Assembly: GCF_019393635.1 (NCBI RefSeq)
Contig: NC_057861.1
Coordinates: 633,012,827-633,076,826 of the forward strand
Reading direction: 5' to 3'
Source: Dromiciops gliroides
Taxonomy: Eukaryota
DNA: 64,000 bases
The notes under the pieces are model-generated. The model searched no databases. It had not been told where the DNA came from and was given only the letters and a program-made list of their open reading frames with translations. Positions 13,743-26,261 of the stretch are shown here, piece after piece (the stretch's first letter is position 1; the number at the start of each line of letters is the position of its first letter). Both the position numbers and the translations under genes were made by a program.

Positions 13743-14640
13743 GAAGGAAGGAAGGAAGGAAGGAAGGAAGGAAGGAAGGAAGGAAAGAAAAGAAAAGAAA
13801 GAATCCATCAATCACTTCACCTCCTGAAAGAAACACCAAAATGAAAACTTCCAGAAACATCATAGCCAAAAGCCAGTGCTTCCAAGTGAAAGAAAAAATA
13901 CTTCAAGCAGTCAACAAGAAAGATATCCAAGTACCAAGGATCACTCAAGGAACTTGAGTCAAGATAAACAAGACTTAGCAACTGCCATTATAAAGAAGAG
14001 AAATTTGGAATATGATAATATAAAAGGCAAAAAAGTCTTTCAAAAAGTTTTTCAAAGCTTTCAATAGCCTTTTGGCAAAACTGAATATAATCCTAAAGGG
14101 GAAAACTGAACTTTTAATAAACAAGAAGACTTCTAAGAATTCCTAACAGGATACATATACCACCACCCCTATTTCTCCCTAGCCTCTGAGCCCCCAAACA
14201 TCAAGCAGTATCAGTGGCTGCATTAAAATTTAAACTAGGGAATAATATCAAATATTGCTCAAAATATTAAAAATAATAAATCCATTGCTGAGCATAATTA
14301 CACATGCTTTTAATCTTTGCTCCTAGGGAGGCCAATGCTGGTGGATCTCCGAGGATCAAGAATTCTGATCTAATTCTCAGTAACACAATGATCTTAGACA
14401 ATTCCAAAGGACTCATGATGAAAAATGTTATACGCCTCCAAAGAAAGAACTAACAGGAGTCTGCAGACTGAAACATACAATTTTTCACTTTCTTTTTTTT
14501 TTCCTTCCGCAAAATGATTAATATGGAAATATGTTTTACATAATTGCACATGTATAACCTACATATTGCTTACTATCTCAGGAAGGGAAGAAGGTAACTA
14601 ATTTGGAACTCAAATTGGGGGGGGTAGAATATAAAAAAAA
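12380..14640 (+). mobile_element. Internally deleted LINE-1 (5' UTR and ORF1 remnant, then 3' UTR), + orientation, interrupted by a (GAAA)n microsatellite
   Basis: ORF 13059.. (MARRINSLEQMINITQEFNSLKIRMTQTESN) and 13800-14070 (IIAKSQCFQVKEKILQAVNKKDIQVPRITQ...) resemble L1 ORF1p; 14340-14640 is the L1 3' UTR signature. Confidence 0.6.
13440..13800. repeat. (GAAA)n/(GGAA)n tetranucleotide microsatellite, ~360 bp
   Basis: Uninterrupted AAAG/AAGG units; this produces the artefactual KERKKERKK and FLSFFLSF ORFs. Confidence 0.95.
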
Positions 14641-16602
14641 ATTTCCATGTGATTGGGGGGGGATTTTTTTTAAGAGTTCTGAGCTATAGTAGAACAAGCC
14701 AATCAGATGTCCAAACTGTGAATCTGCAGGAGAAAGGAGCCACCGGGTTGCCTAGGGAGAGACAGGCCAAGGTTCTTGTGACAGGAGAACTGGCAGTAGG
14801 ACTGGGTCTGTGGATAGCTTTTACACTTCCAGTTTGGGCAAGACCCAGTGTCAAAAAAAGAAAGGAAATTAAATCTATGGTCCCAGTTCCTAATCCACAT
14901 CTGGACTTTATTCTCTCAGCTGAATATTCATGGGACACTGCCCCTCAATGTTCTGTGATCACATAATTTATTGAACACAGAAAAAATGAAAGGAGAAATG
15001 TCAAGCACTCCTATATGCCACCCTCCTTTTCTAATCATTTCCCCAAATTCCTCCCATTTCCCCTCCCAGATCATTGGACTACTGGGAAAAGAGTTCTAAA
15101 AAAAAATAAATTAAAAAAAAAGAGTTCTAAATCTCTCATTCCCATGGATCATAGGAAGGATTAAGAAAGGAGTTTCAAGCCTGAGACCTTTCTTGGGATT
15201 GGGGACTATTAACAAAGAAAAACATAGGAATTGTGGTGGGAAAGAGTGGTCTGATCTTCTGTGTCACCAGCCAACAGAATTTTCCATAGTTGCCAGTCCA
15301 GGCCAGCCTCATCTTAGTCTGTAGGTACTATGGATCATGAGAACGCTGGTTTTGTCTCTTCTGTTCCCCTTCTAGTCTGCAGATAGATCTACAAGTAGAA
15401 TCCCAGACAACAGCAACTTGTGACTTCTGCAGCCAGTCATTCTGAATTCCAAAGCCTCAATTGGATCCCAGTTGTTATGTGTTCTCTATGCCCTTAATGA
15501 CAATCACAAAGCCCCTTGTAAAGGTGACCAAAGGAAAAGAGACCCATGGACCTGTAGGCCTATGCACAGAAAGAAGTACAAGCAAAAAGATTGTTTTGAA
15601 AATAACCTATAGAATTCTTTTAAAGGCAAGAGATCCTTGTTTTCATAGACTCTTTCTGTGTTCTACTGTATATCTGGAAATATCCTCTAAGGAGGGTACT
15701 TTTAAAAAAATTAACTTTTAAGAAGGGAAAGAAAAGAAAGAAAATAGGGTCATTGGACCCTTTATTTTAATATACAGTGGAGTACAAGAGTCACAAAGAT
15801 AATTACAGTGATGCAAGACCGTTTTGAAAGCTACATGTTGATTTTGTTATGTATTTTAAAAGAAATATGTACATAATAGAGATTCACAGTTTTGTGTGCA
15901 ATCCTCTTTTTCTGTTTTATTATTTTATATGGAAATGCTCTTTTATTTCAGTGTTTGATAAAAAAAATATTCTTTAAAAAATGAGCAGTCAAATCCCCAA
16001 ACTACCTTATCTTTATTTCATAAGCTCCTCGAGGACAGGATTTGTTTCATTTTAGTATTTCTGTGTCTAGAACCCAGCACAGTGCCATACATATAGCTAC
16101 TGATAAGAAGAAAGTCCTTATATACATCAAAATATTTATAGCAGAACTTTTTGTGATAGCAAACAAAAAATGGAAATAAAAAGATGCCTATCAACTGGAG
16201 AATGGCTAAACAAACTGTAGACATGAATGTAATGAAATACAATATTACTATAAGAAATGACAAAAGTAATGAATACAGAGAAGCATGGAAAAATCTGCAT
16301 AAACTGATACAGAATGAAATAAGCAGAGCCAAGATAACAAATTTACATAATAGCTAGAACAATGTAAGTGGAAAGAATCACCTCAAAAAAAGTGAATGCT
16401 GAAAAATTACAAAGTGGAAAAAATCACCTTAAAAAATGAATGTTGTAAAAGAACAAGCATGAGTTATGAGAAGACACCCCCAAACCACTCTTTTGAAAAT
16501 GTGGTATATTGCGTATATTTTCAGACCTTTTCAATGTTTATTCATTTACTTGTAGCACCAATTCTTTTCCTCTTCTTTTTTTTGTTTTTAAAAATTGCAT
16601 TT

Positions 16603-16750
16603 GGGGGCAGCTGGGTGTTGCAGTGGATAAAGCATCGGTACTGGATTCAGAAGGACCTGAGTTCAAATGTGACCTCAGACACTTGACACTTACTAACTGT
16701 GTGACCCTGGGCAAGTCACTTACCCCTCATTGTCCTGCAAAAAAAAAAAA
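16603..16750 (+). mobile_element. Marsupial tRNA-SINE copy; TSD aaaattgcattt
   Basis: SINE consensus plus flanking direct repeat. Confidence 0.9.
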
Positions 16751-16869
16751 TTGCATTTCTTGTATGAGATGGAGCTCTAGGAGGGGAAAGAGCAAGAATA
16801 CTGGGGGAAATTATGGTGATATTTAAGAAAAAACAAATGGCATTAACAATTTTTTAAAAGAGTACTATA

Positions 16870-17035
16870 GGGCAGCTAGGATAAAGCACCAGCAGTGGAT
16901 AAAGCACCAACCCTGGATTCAGGAGGACCTGAGTTCAAATCTGGCCTCAGACACTTGACACTTACTATCTGTGTGACCCTGGGCAAGTCACTTAACCCTC
17001 ATTGCCCCACAAAAAAAAAAAAAAGAAAAAAAAAG
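16870..17035 (+). mobile_element. Marsupial tRNA-SINE copy with an internal duplication in the 5' box
   Basis: GGGCAGCTAGGATAAAGCACCAGCAGTGGATAAAGCACCAACCCTGGATTCAGGAGG... Confidence 0.85.
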
Positions 17036-17204
17036 GAGTGCTTGGGATTGTCTTGGATCATTGTATTGCTGAGAGTAAAGTCATTCACAATTGCTCATCC
17101 AACAATACTGCTGTCACTATGCACAATGTCCTCCCAGTTCTGCTCACTTCACTATACATCAGTTCATATGAGTCTTTCCAGGTTTTTCTGGGATCACCCT
17201 GTTT

Positions 17205-17470
17205 GTCATTTCCCAATAGCACAATACCATTTGGAGTCAGAAGACCTGGGTTCAAAGTCCTGTTGTGCTACTTACTACTTGTGTGACCTTACATAAGTGA
17301 ATAACCCCTCTAAGCCTTGGGTTCCTCAACTGAAAAATGAGGGGCTTAGATGGGATTCCTAAACTGGTGGATTGATGTCAGGATATTCATGAAGTAGGAT
17401 GGGATAGGCACTATTAACACAGTACCTGGCACATAGTAGGAGCTTAGTAAATGTTAATTGATTGACTAAT
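17205..17470 (+). mobile_element. MIR/THER-type ancient SINE
   Basis: ...CTGGGTTCAAAG..CTACTTACTACTTGTGTGACCTT...CTCAACTGAAAAATGAGG...ACAGTACCTGGCACATAGTAGGAGCTTAGTAAATGTTAATTGATTGA matches the MIR core. Confidence 0.75.
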
Positions 17471-17609
17471 GAGAAGAATGATTACATTATTCAAATTTGC
17501 TCTGCATATTTCCATTAGGTTGGAACCAATTATAATATTTTACAATAATTTTACATAATTATAACTTTGAATAGAGTAAATTCAAAATACATGGGACCAC
17601 TTCAGGTGA

Positions 17610-17870
17610 CTCATTAGAGGCAGATAAGTAACACAGTGGATAGGGTGCTGGACCCAGAGTCAGGAAGACTTGAATTAAAATCTCAGACATTTACTAGCTG
17701 TGTTACTGGACAAGTCACAACCTCTGCCTACCTCGGTTTCCTCAACTGTGAAATAAGGATAATAATAGTACCTATTTCCCAGGGTTGTTGTGAGGATAAA
17801 GTGAGATAATATTTGTAAAGTACTTAGCACAGTGCCTGGCACATAGTAGGTACTGAACAAATGCTATTTC
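17610..17870 (+). mobile_element. MIR/THER-type ancient SINE
   Basis: CCTCGGTTTCCTCAACTGTGAAATAAGGATAATAATAGTACCTATTTCCCAGGGTTGTTGTGAGGATAAAGTGAGATAATATTTGTAAAGTACTTAGCACAGTGCCTGGCACATAGTAGGTACT. Confidence 0.8.
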
Positions 17871-18445
17871 CTCCCTTCATTATTTGAACTTTGGGGTAGT
17901 TTGTATATAGATTGAGTAGATGAATGGTAATCCAGGAGGAGAAAACTCTAAGGGCTGAGGAAAACAGGAAAGACCTCCTACAGAAGGTGTTGTTTGAGCT
18001 TAGCCTTGAAGGAATCCAGGAAAACTGAGAAGAGGGGGCAGGACCTGAGGGACAGCCAATGCAAAGGAGATGGAACACCATGTTTAACAGGAAGTAGGCC
18101 ACTGTACCTGGATCACAGAGTGTTTGGAAAGGAGTCAACTGAAAATCTGGAAAGATAGGAAGGGGCCAAGTTATAAAGACCTTTAAATGCCAAACAGGAA
18201 AGTTTATATTTGATCCTGAAGGTCACAGAGAGTTCACTGAGCAGGGTCTTGACATGGCTAGATGTACACCCTAGGCAAAACAACAACAAAACACCTTAGC
18301 ATCTGAGCAAAGGATGGATTGGAGTGAGGCAAGGAGACCTGTTAGACTGTGGCAATAGTCTAGGTGAGAGGGGATGAGAACCTGAACTAGTGTTGTGGCT
18401 ATATGAATGAAGGAAAGGGGACTTACATAAGAGATGTCATGTGTA

Positions 18446-18592
18446 GGGGGCAGCTAGGTGGTGCAGTAGATAAAGCACCAGCCCTGGATTCAGGAGGACC
18501 TGACTTCAAATCCAGTCTCAGACACTTGACACTTATTAGCTGTGTGACCCTGGGCAAGTCACTTAACCCTCATTGCCCAGCAAAAATTAAAT
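18446..18592 (+). mobile_element. Marsupial tRNA-SINE copy
   Basis: SINE consensus. Confidence 0.9.
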
Positions 18593-19240
18593 AAATAAAT
18601 GAAAATAAAAAGCCTATGGGACATCCAGTTCTGCATGTACCAAGAGGCAGTTGGCAGCGTGGAATCGTAGCTTAGAAGAGACGTAGCCTAGATATATAAA
18701 TGATGATGAGATCAACAAATCAAACATTTCTGTAGAGAAAGAAGAGAAGAGAACACAGGACAGAGCCTAGGTAGACACCCACGGATCATGGGCATGACAA
18801 TCTAGGACATGATTCCCTATGTAGTGTTAGCAACTGAGATCTCTCAGCCTAGAGTAATGTAATTCCTTGTGTTCTAAATGACTGTGCTGCTGCAGCTGTT
18901 GGGCTGAATTTTGTCCGAGTCACCAACAGATACTTGAGTGCCTGCTAGACCCTAGGCTAGACAGAGGTGGGGTGAGGAGAAGCAGGGGGCTGGATTGCAT
19001 TCCCAAAGTAGGAGTCTGAAGAGGACACAGGCGATGGTAATAAATGGGGTCCTCAGGGGAACAAAGGAAGCCCAAAGTTTGGAAGCCCCAAGGAGACTTC
19101 TCAGGGATGAGGGTAGCTTAATGATATATTCACATCAGAACCAATAGAGCTTCCACATCTAACTTTCTGTGTCTATATCTGGGAGTCTGATCCCCAGATA
19201 TAGACTGAGTCTAGAGGGGTGGGGTAGATTAGAGGGAATA

Positions 19241-19385
19241 TTGGGGCAGCTAGGTGGCACAGTGGATAGAGCACTGGCCCTGGAGTCAGGAGGACCTGAG
19301 TTCAAATCCAGCCTCAGACACTTGACACTTACTAGCTGTGTGACCCTGGGCAAGTCACTTAACCCCAATTGCCTGCAAAAACAAA
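19241..19385 (+). mobile_element. Marsupial tRNA-SINE copy
   Basis: SINE consensus. Confidence 0.9.
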
Positions 19386-19774
19386 AGACAAAGAAACAAA
19401 GAAAAAGAAGGAAACAGAGAGAAGGGGGCAGGAAGAGAACTGTTCTTGTTGCCTAGGCTCTTCCCAGAATTCAGATAGCTAGGACTCAGCCCCATCTCAG
19501 GATCTCTGGGGTGTGGCTGTCTTCTTTGTTGGGGATGGACCTTAGCATAGGCCCCAGATGGTCAGCATGACTAGCCTAGGCAGGTGATATGAGGAGCTGA
19601 GGGGGTGAGAGGCAGGGGAAAGTAGGGGGTAGCTTCTTGAAGGAGGGCTGCCAAGAGGGTGTGTGAAGTGTGATGGCTCCCCAGTCCCAGATGGTCAGCT
19701 TCACCCACATGAACAGATTGTGTACAAGGTACAAGGTACAGGAAGGAGGAAGCTCTCAGTCTAGCTCACTTTTG

Positions 19775-19892
19775 GGGGGGCGGGGCAACAGGGGTTAAGT
19801 GACTTGCCCAGTGTCACACAGCTAATAAGTGTCAAGTGTCTGAGGATGAATTTGAACTCAGGTCCTCCTGTGCCAGTGCTTTATCCACTGCT
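19775..19892 (-). mobile_element. Marsupial tRNA-SINE, 5'-truncated, minus orientation; TSD ctagctcactttt
   Basis: Reverse-complement SINE body flanked by CTAGCTCACTTTT at 19760 and 19890. Confidence 0.85.
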
Positions 19893-20792
19893 AGCTCACT
19901 TTTAAATATGATCCATTCCACCCCCTCCTATTAATCCCTAATAAAATGAAGTAAGGAAAAAACCTCCCAATGCCTTAGCACTTAATAAATGCTTGTTGAC
20001 TGATAATTTTAGTTTCTTCCCATTTTCATTAATTCTCCCTGATCTCCCTCCTGGCTTGCTCCACTCCAGTGGCCCCAGCTCTGGCAACAACAACTCCATT
20101 GCCCTTTCCTCATTCCCTGAGGCACTGGGGCAAGGTGGCTGAAACCCAATGGATTTTAGTTCTTAGTGGTTAATCCTGGAGGAAGGAAGTTTGAGGAGAG
20201 GGAGGAAAGATCTTGCTTACCCCCACCCCCACCCCCACCCCCCCAGGATAATGGGACAGAGGAAAGTTGACTCCTGTTGTCCTGAAGGGTCTGAATCAAT
20301 CCTGGGCCCACCCACAATGAGCCTTAGGCCAGTGCCAGCGGTATAGTAGAAAGAGAGCTAGATTTGGAATTAGGTGATTTAACTCTAACACTGACCAGCT
20401 CTATGACCTTGGGCAAATCAATCCAGGCTTTGGAGCCTCCTTTCCTTATCTGCAAACTAGGGCTAATACCGTTCCAGCTAACTCACAGGGGAGTTGTACC
20501 TTTACAGGATTATAAAAATTTGAGTTGTTATTATCAGCTCAAGTCTGGGTTAAAGCATTCTCTCTGTGAGGATCTAGGCTACATTCTCTTTGGCCAGACG
20601 ATGTCTGTCCCAAGGGCTAGTAAGTAAAATGGGAGCAAAGGAAATGAAGTTGGTGCTGAGTACTCCTTCCCCTTTCTACCCTTATTTCTCTTTTGTCAGC
20701 CTAGACCTCCTCTCTTGCTGTCTTGGGTCCCAAACCAATTCAGTCACTTTGAGGTCAGAGGGATTGAATATACCTTTAAAAACCTAGAGAGA

Positions 20793-20982
20793 GGGGCAGC
20801 TAGGTGTCGAAGTGGATAGAGTACTGGCCCTGGAGTCAGGAGGACCTGAGTTCAAATCTAACCTCAGACACTTGACACTTACTAGCTGTGTGACCCTGGG
20901 CAAGTCACTTAACCTTCATTGCCCTGCAAAAAACAACAACAACAACAACAAAAAACAAAAAACAAACCAAAAAAAAAATACA
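20793..20982 (+). mobile_element. Marsupial tRNA-SINE copy with (CAA)n/A-rich tail; TSD aacctagagaga
   Basis: SINE consensus plus 12-bp flanking direct repeat. Confidence 0.9.
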
Positions 20983-21665
20983 ACCTAGAGAGAAAAGTGA
21001 CTAATGTAAAAGAAGAAATCACTAATGGTGGAATTTCAGGCACTGTGAGAGGCAGGACAGAGTGACCTTTTCCAGTACCTTCAGTGTCATACCATTCAGG
21101 CTGCCCCTTCTTCTGTCTCCCCCTTATACTCTCCTCTCTGCTGACCTCGACTACCCCTACCCTACCATCTTGACTCCTTTTGATCTGAGACCCTGATTCT
21201 GGTCTCCCAGGGCTGAAATCCAAGAGAGGGAGGGGACCACTAAGAGATATCCAGCTAGCTATCTACGCCACACCTGACCCTAATGGCTTTACAGTATTTG
21301 CTCAGGAGGTGAAATTCACATGATAATAAATAGGGGAGGGTCTGGAATTAAGTTAAAAGGACCTGGCTTTTCCCTAAGGTCACACTGCACCAGGACCTGC
21401 AAGGTAAATGGGCATGGGATGCCTGGTCCTGAGTTAGGAGAATGAGTAATCCCTGTAGCTTTGTTAGGGCTATAAATTAGGGGTATGAAGACGTCAGAGT
21501 TAGGAAGGCAGACTGCAGGGGTCTGAGGCAGGGTGTGGGGATACCTGGGTCTGAGGGAGGTGGGTAGGAAGTTTGGGATTGAGTTAAGAAAGCAGGATGA
21601 CTGGGCCTGATGTAAAGAATGGACAGGGTGAAACCACTTCATCTCTTTCCTTCTTGGCTCCTAGG

Positions 21666-21714
21666 ATGTTGGCATTGGCTCTTCTCGCCCTACTCTGTGT
21701 GTCAGCTGAGTCTG
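21666..21714 (+). CDS. ZG16: ZG16 (zymogen granule protein 16, jacalin-like lectin) coding exon 1; signal peptide MLALALLALLCVSAES; donor G|GTAAGT
   Basis: ATG, hydrophobic signal peptide and GTAAGT donor; phase matches exon 2; aligns with the human ZG16 N-terminus as I recall it. Confidence 0.8.
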
Positions 21715-21905
21715 GTAAGTGATCTGTAAGCATAGGATGCCTAGGTCCAGAGAAAGCACCTGGGACTTGAGAGGTGTATGGCATAGACATTTAAGCTTGG
21801 GTCTGGAGAGGACACAGGTCTGTGGGAAGATTCCTAGAGATGGTGACTGAATCTTGGTTGAAGTGCCACCTTCTTTATTCCCTTTATCAATTGTTTTGTC
21901 TCTAG

Positions 21906-22038
21906 TTCAGCCACGGACATCCTCCTACAATGGAGAGTACGGAGGAGGGGGAGGAAAGCGCTTCTCCCACTCAGGCAACCAGCTAGATGGTCCCATCACT
22001 GCCATCCGAATCAGGACCAACAGTTACTACATTGTGGG
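21906..22038 (+). CDS. ZG16: ZG16 coding exon 2 (VQPRTSSYNGEYGGGGGKRFSHSGNQLDGPITAIRIRTNSYYIVG)
   Basis: Six-frame ORF 21854..22042; near-identical to the remembered human ZG16 (SSSYSGEYGSGGGKRFSHSGNQLDGPITALRVRVNTYYIVG); acceptor tctag| and donor GG|GTGAGG. Confidence 0.88.
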
Positions 22039-22139
22039 GTGAGGATCCTGAGTGAGGCTGGCCCTCACTACTTGTCACTTTCTTGTTCTTAGGTCTTCAG
22101 TTACTCTTCCACTCCTCCCTCATCTACCTAGCCTGTTGC

Positions 22140-22245
22140 TTTTTTTTTTTTTTTTTGGTGAGGCAATTGGGTTAAGTGATTTGCCCAGGGTCACACAGCT
22201 ATTAAGCATCAAGTGTCTGAGGCTGGCTATTGCTTTTCAATAAGG
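22140..22245 (-). mobile_element. Marsupial tRNA-SINE, truncated, minus orientation, in ZG16 intron 2
   Basis: T-rich tract, then GGTGAGGCAATTGGGTTAAGTGATTTGCCCAGGGTCACACAGCTATTAAG... Confidence 0.8.
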
Positions 22246-22675
22246 CATCTCCTTCTAGGGATATATTCCAATTTTGAGTCCTATCCTGCCAAGTCACAGG
22301 CATATTTATGAGTCATACTCATTGCTTTACGATTCCTAGTTTTGCTTGTTATTGATATTTTAGGGATTTATGAGTAGATACTTATTATTGGCTTCTATGA
22401 AGTTTGTCTCCTATGAATCTCTGGAAATCTTTATTGCTATACTTCCTATATTGTTGCTATTCTTTATGCTAGCTAGTTTTTTGTGAAGACAGGTAAGCAG
22501 TTTTCTTCTTCCCTCTTCCTTTTTGGCTTTAAGCCTTTTTGATTATATTAGAAAGCTTCCAGTCAAAAATACCCTTACCAGTCCTTCTTAGATGTTCTCT
22601 GTTGCTGGCCAAGATTACCATCTTTCATCTATCTTAAGCTGTGGTCCAGAAACACAAAGCCTATGGCCTGACATC

Positions 22676-22828
22676 TTCTTTTTTTCTTTTTTTTTTGCGG
22701 GGCAATGAGGGTTAAGTGACTTGCCCAGGGTCACACAGCTAGTAAGTGTTAAGTGTCTGAGGCCGGATTTGAACTCAAGTCCTCCTGACTCCAGGGCCGG
22801 TGCTCTATCCACTGTGCCACCCAGCTGC
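22676..22828 (-). mobile_element. Marsupial tRNA-SINE, minus orientation, in ZG16 intron 2; TSD ctgacatcWtc
   Basis: Reverse-complement consensus with flanking repeats. Confidence 0.9.
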
Positions 22829-23219
22829 CCCTCCTGACATCATCTTAACCAGTCAACCAACCAATCAATCTTCAGAAGATGCTCTTATCACTGACTTGGC
22901 TCCCAACTGTTCGAAGGTCCTTCCCTTTCTCTTCTTCTGCTTTCCTGCTTTCAGATACAGGTCAAGATTACCTTCTACCTTTCCAGATCCCTTTCCTTCT
23001 TCATTTTCACCCTGGTTCCCATCTTTCATTCCACAAGGAATATTTCATTCTCTGTGATCACCTGGAGAGAGGAAAAGTTTTCCAGGCCCCTTCACCTTCT
23101 TTTCTTGGAGTTTATTTTGGTTTATTAGAGAAGGAATAAAAACCACTCCAGCATCTTTGCCAACAAAACCCCAAATGGACAAAACTGAAATGAATGAACA
23201 AACAAAATATTGATTTAAA

Positions 23220-23475
23220 GAGGCATCTAGTTGGTGTAGTAAAGGGGGAACTGCATCTGGAGTCAGAAAAACTGGAGTTTAAATTCTGCCTAAGACACTC
23301 ACTAGTTTGTGTGATACTGGGTAAGTTATTTAACATCTCTCAGCCTCAGTTTCCTTATCTGTATAAAATAGGCATAATAATAGCGCCTTCACCTATGTTG
23401 TGAAGATCAAATGAGATAACATATTTGAAGGGCTTGACAAACCTTAAAATGCTATATAAATGCTACCTATCAAAC
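23220..23475 (+). mobile_element. MIR-type SINE in ZG16 intron 2
   Basis: ..TCTCAGCCTCAGTTTCCTTATCTGTATAAAATAGGCATAATAATAGCGCCTTCACCTATGTTGTGAAGATCAAATGAGATAACATATTTGAAGGGCTT.. Confidence 0.75.
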
Positions 23476-24336
23476 CATAGGATCGTAGATTTAAAGTTTG
23501 CAGGGACCTTAGGGGCTATTTGACATTTGACCATTTTACAGATGAGAAAATTGAAAACCAAAGAAAGGTCTCTTTCAGTTGTCAGGGATGAGGGTGGTTG
23601 GAGATGATAATTTCCAACCTCCTCCACTGACAGATGGGAAAACTAAAGCTCAGAGAGGTAACCTGCCCAAGGTTACACAGCTAGTTGGGACTGGAACCCA
23701 GATTTTCTGATTCAACTCAATGCTCTTTCTCATCTTTGTGAGTTAAGCAAGGACATCTATCATTAACCCCATGTAACAGAGAAAAGAACTAAGAGCAAAA
23801 AAGATTATGTGACATACCCAAAGTCACACAGCTAGTATGACTAGCTCTAATGATAATCAGAGACAAGCTCTCAGTATTAAGTCTCTGTTCCCTTTACCAA
23901 TCTCTCTTAGTCTTTACCACAGCTGAGAGGATAGCTGAAATCTTCTACCTTATTAATCATTTTAGTTTATATTAGCATATCACACTTTACAGTTTTCAAA
24001 GCTCTCTCCCAAACATTATCTTATTTTTTGTTACTGACAAAAACGTTGGAGGGAGGCATTATGAGCACCTATTTGACAAATGAGGAAAGATGAAAAGATG
24101 AAGTGACTTGCCCATAGGGACAGCATTAGTGCATGTAAGAGACCAGGAGGACCTGGATATTTTGAGTCCCTTTGTCTCCTTCTTCCTTTCTTCAATACCT
24201 TTCAGCCTTATCATCACCCTGTCTCTCATTCCTCCTCATCAAACCCCTACTATTTACTAAAGCTAATCCCTCTAGACAGTCAACAAGTCAATGAGCATTT
24301 ATTAAACACTTACTGAGTGCCACTCTGCACACACAT

Positions 24337-24491
24337 TTCTTTTTTTTTTTTTTTTTTTGCGGGGCAATGGGGGTTAAGTGACTTGCCCAGGGTCACACAG
24401 CTAGTAAGTGTCAAGTGTCTGAGGCCAGATTTGAACTCAGGTACTCCTGAATCCAGGGCCAGTGCTTTATCCACTGCACCACCTAGCTGCC
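24337..24491 (-). mobile_element. Marsupial tRNA-SINE, minus orientation; perfect 17-bp TSD ctctgcacacacatttc
   Basis: CTCTGCACACACATTTC at 24322-24338 and 24492-24508 flanking T18 plus the reverse-complement SINE. Confidence 0.95.
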
Positions 24492-25093
24492 CCTCTGCAC
24501 ACACATTTCATCGAATTACTTCCTGCCTCCTTCAGGAAATTGCTCTGACAATCATCCCTTTGCTCTCACGCATTGACCATGGCTTGCTTGTCACCAACCA
24601 CTTTCCATCTGCTTCCAAATATTCTCTGTATTTTTTCTTAGGCTGTTCCTAGAATGTCTTCATCACATGTTGAATTCTGGCCCTCCTTTAAGTAAACTCA
24701 ATTATCTCCTTAGTCATAGAATAATAACAGACTCTAAAAAAGAAAAGGGCAGCTAGGGAGGACAGTGGATAGAGCTCCCTCAAATCTAGACTCAGACAGT
24801 TACTAGCTCTGCCTTAGTTTCCTCATCTGTAAGATGGGAATAATAGCACCTATCTCCCAAGATAAGATAATGTTTGTGAAGCACTTTGCAAATCCTAAGG
24901 AGCTATTTAAATGATGATGATGATTATTATTATTGGTGTAATGTTCTATCTAAATACATATCTCCCCCCTTCCTTGCAAAGAATGTCCAGACTCCCAGGC
25001 CAGCACTTCCTACTACATTATTCTGCCTTTCTTGCTAGTGGGATGCTAAATACCTGTCTTTTTCCTTCCTTATTCCTTGTCCCCACCCCCCAG

Positions 25094-25397
25094 ACTGCAG
25101 GTCAAATATGGCAAGGAGTGGAGCGACTATACTGGGGGTAGTCGGGGTGACCTGGAGGAGATTTTCCTGTACCCCGGGGAGTCAATCATCCAAGTGTCTG
25201 GCAAATATAAGAACTATCTTCGGCAGTTGATCTTTGTGACAGACAAGGGCCGCCACCTGGCTTTTGGCAAGGACACAGGCACCAGCTTCAATGCTGCCCC
25301 ACTGTACCCCAACACCGTTCTTCGATTCTTCAGCGGACGCTCTGGCTCCGTCATTGATGCCATCGGCCTACACTGGGATCTTTACCCCAGTGAATGA
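25094..25397 (+). CDS. ZG16: ZG16 coding exon 3 (jacalin domain: LQVKYGKEWSDYTGGSRGDLEEIFLYPGESIIQVSGKYKNYLRQLIFVTDKGRHLAFGKDTGTSFNAAPLYPNTVLRFFSGRSGSVIDAIGLHWDLYPSE*)
   Basis: ORF 25077..25397; strong identity to the remembered human ZG16 C-terminus; acceptor ccccag|A restores the Gly codon split by intron 2; stop TGA at 25395-25397. Confidence 0.9.
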
Positions 25398-25497
25398 AGC
25401 AGCTGCTAACCATCCAGACACAGCAGGCCCAGGGCTGCATCTCCTTGGGAAAGTCTTTGTCCCTTCAAATCCTACCCCCTACCTACTAAAGGGTTAA

Positions 25498-25503
25498 AAT
25501 AAA
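25498..25503 (+). terminator. ZG16: AATAAA polyadenylation signal for ZG16, ~100 nt after the stop
   Basis: AAAATAAAAG hexamer downstream of the ZG16 stop. Confidence 0.55.
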
Positions 25504-26261
25504 AGGACATTGCTGAAGCCAATGTGTGGAAGTGTACTTGTTGCATGCCTCTAACCCAGAGCAGTATGCCTATGTTTGTATTTGTGAATCTCAAAGTTCA
25601 GTAATTCTGTTTAGCATCAGGCCAAAGGATTATCCAACAGTCTTAACCTCTCTAAACCTGTTTTCTCATCTATAGAATAAAGACAATATCTATCTTAATT
25701 TCACAGGGTTGTGGTTGGGTTCAGATGAGATAATGTACATAAAGGAATCCTGAATCTGGACAGCAATGTGACTTAGTAAAAAGAGCACTGAACTGTGAAT
25801 CAGGAAACTAAGGTTCTAGTAACAGTTCTGATACTAAATTTGTGATCTTGGGCAAGGCCCTTCCCCACACTGGGCCTCAGTTTCCCCATAAGTAAAATAG
25901 GGAAATTAGACTGGATGATCTCAAAGTTTCCTTACAGCTCTAACATTTTATGTGTTTATGATTATTCTTCCCAGAACCAGGGCTCTGGCCCTAAGATTAC
26001 TCTCATTCCAGAACTCAGGCACCCTGACCCAAGAAGAGAAAGATGACCAAGGATGATTTTGTAACCCATGACTCAGGGATCTCCAAATTCCAGGTTCACA
26101 AAGACCAGTTCTAATCTTAGGGTCTGGCCCCTAAAAGCAATTTTCTCTTTTGGTTCATACATATCATATGTAGCTGAAATATAGCATATGTCTAGCTTTC
26201 CACAGATACAGATAACAAAATCCCTAGGTATTGTACATTCAAAGGAATAAATGCATGTCTG

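Noticed and set aside
13442-13957. 171-aa ORF MKPKERKKERKKERKK... (and antisense FLSFFLSF ORFs) as a basic repeat protein
   Set aside because: It is a pure (GAAA)n/(GGAA)n microsatellite inside an L1 remnant, with no start context or splice signals. It is a translation artefact.
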